From positions 1 through 5,922 of the forward strand of contig NW_021829779.1 of NCBI RefSeq assembly GCF_006345805.1: a stretch of 5,922 bases of DNA, given 5' to 3'. Position 1 is the first letter of the stretch. The number at the start of each line of letters is the position of its first letter. Positions 5,753-5,922 of the stretch are shown piece by piece. Origin of the DNA: Octopus sinensis (taxonomy: Eukaryota). A program made the position numbers and the translations under genes. The notes beneath the pieces were generated by a model. The model was not told the origin of the DNA, made no database searches, and worked only from the letters and a program-made list of their open reading frames with translations.

Positions 5753-5922
5753 CATTATCGTATAAGGTTTGATGCTAACACCACATTTTCTTTTTCAATT
5801 ATCTAGTAAGATACTCCAATTTGTATCGATTCAAAACGGATTTAAAACTTTTTAATAATGTCCAATTTAGATTCCAGAATTTTTGCGATACATACAGATA
5901 TTTTATCTTTGAAGTTTTGGTA

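Noticed and set aside
1-5922. CRISPR array, rRNA/tRNA, LTRs or prokaryotic operon
   Set aside because: No regularly spaced repeat-spacer array, no recognisable RNA-gene sequence, no gag/pol/LTR signal; all recognisable content is eukaryotic or eukaryotic-viral.

Overview
AT-rich eukaryotic DNA (probably invertebrate; host not identifiable from this window) made almost entirely of short foreign or decayed coding fragments, with no intact host gene. Centre (+, 1883-3024): an endogenous rhabdovirus-like nucleoprotein (N) sequence. It is split into two overlapping ORFs by a single 5-bp tandem duplication (ATGAA ATGAA, 2441-2450) and lacks about 100 C-terminal residues. It is followed on the same strand by a 5'-truncated CRE-clade non-LTR retrotransposon (3256-4385). 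Left (160-1858, mostly - strand): remnants of strongly diverged core histones (H3 tail with K9I, H2B, H2A-like and H3-fold-like pieces) interleaved with two more CRE-like fragments. Right (- strand): the N-terminus of a SPIN/GTF2IRD2-type hAT transposase and a decayed RTE-type APE endonuclease. All homology calls are manual alignments to family sequences recalled from memory; no database search was run.
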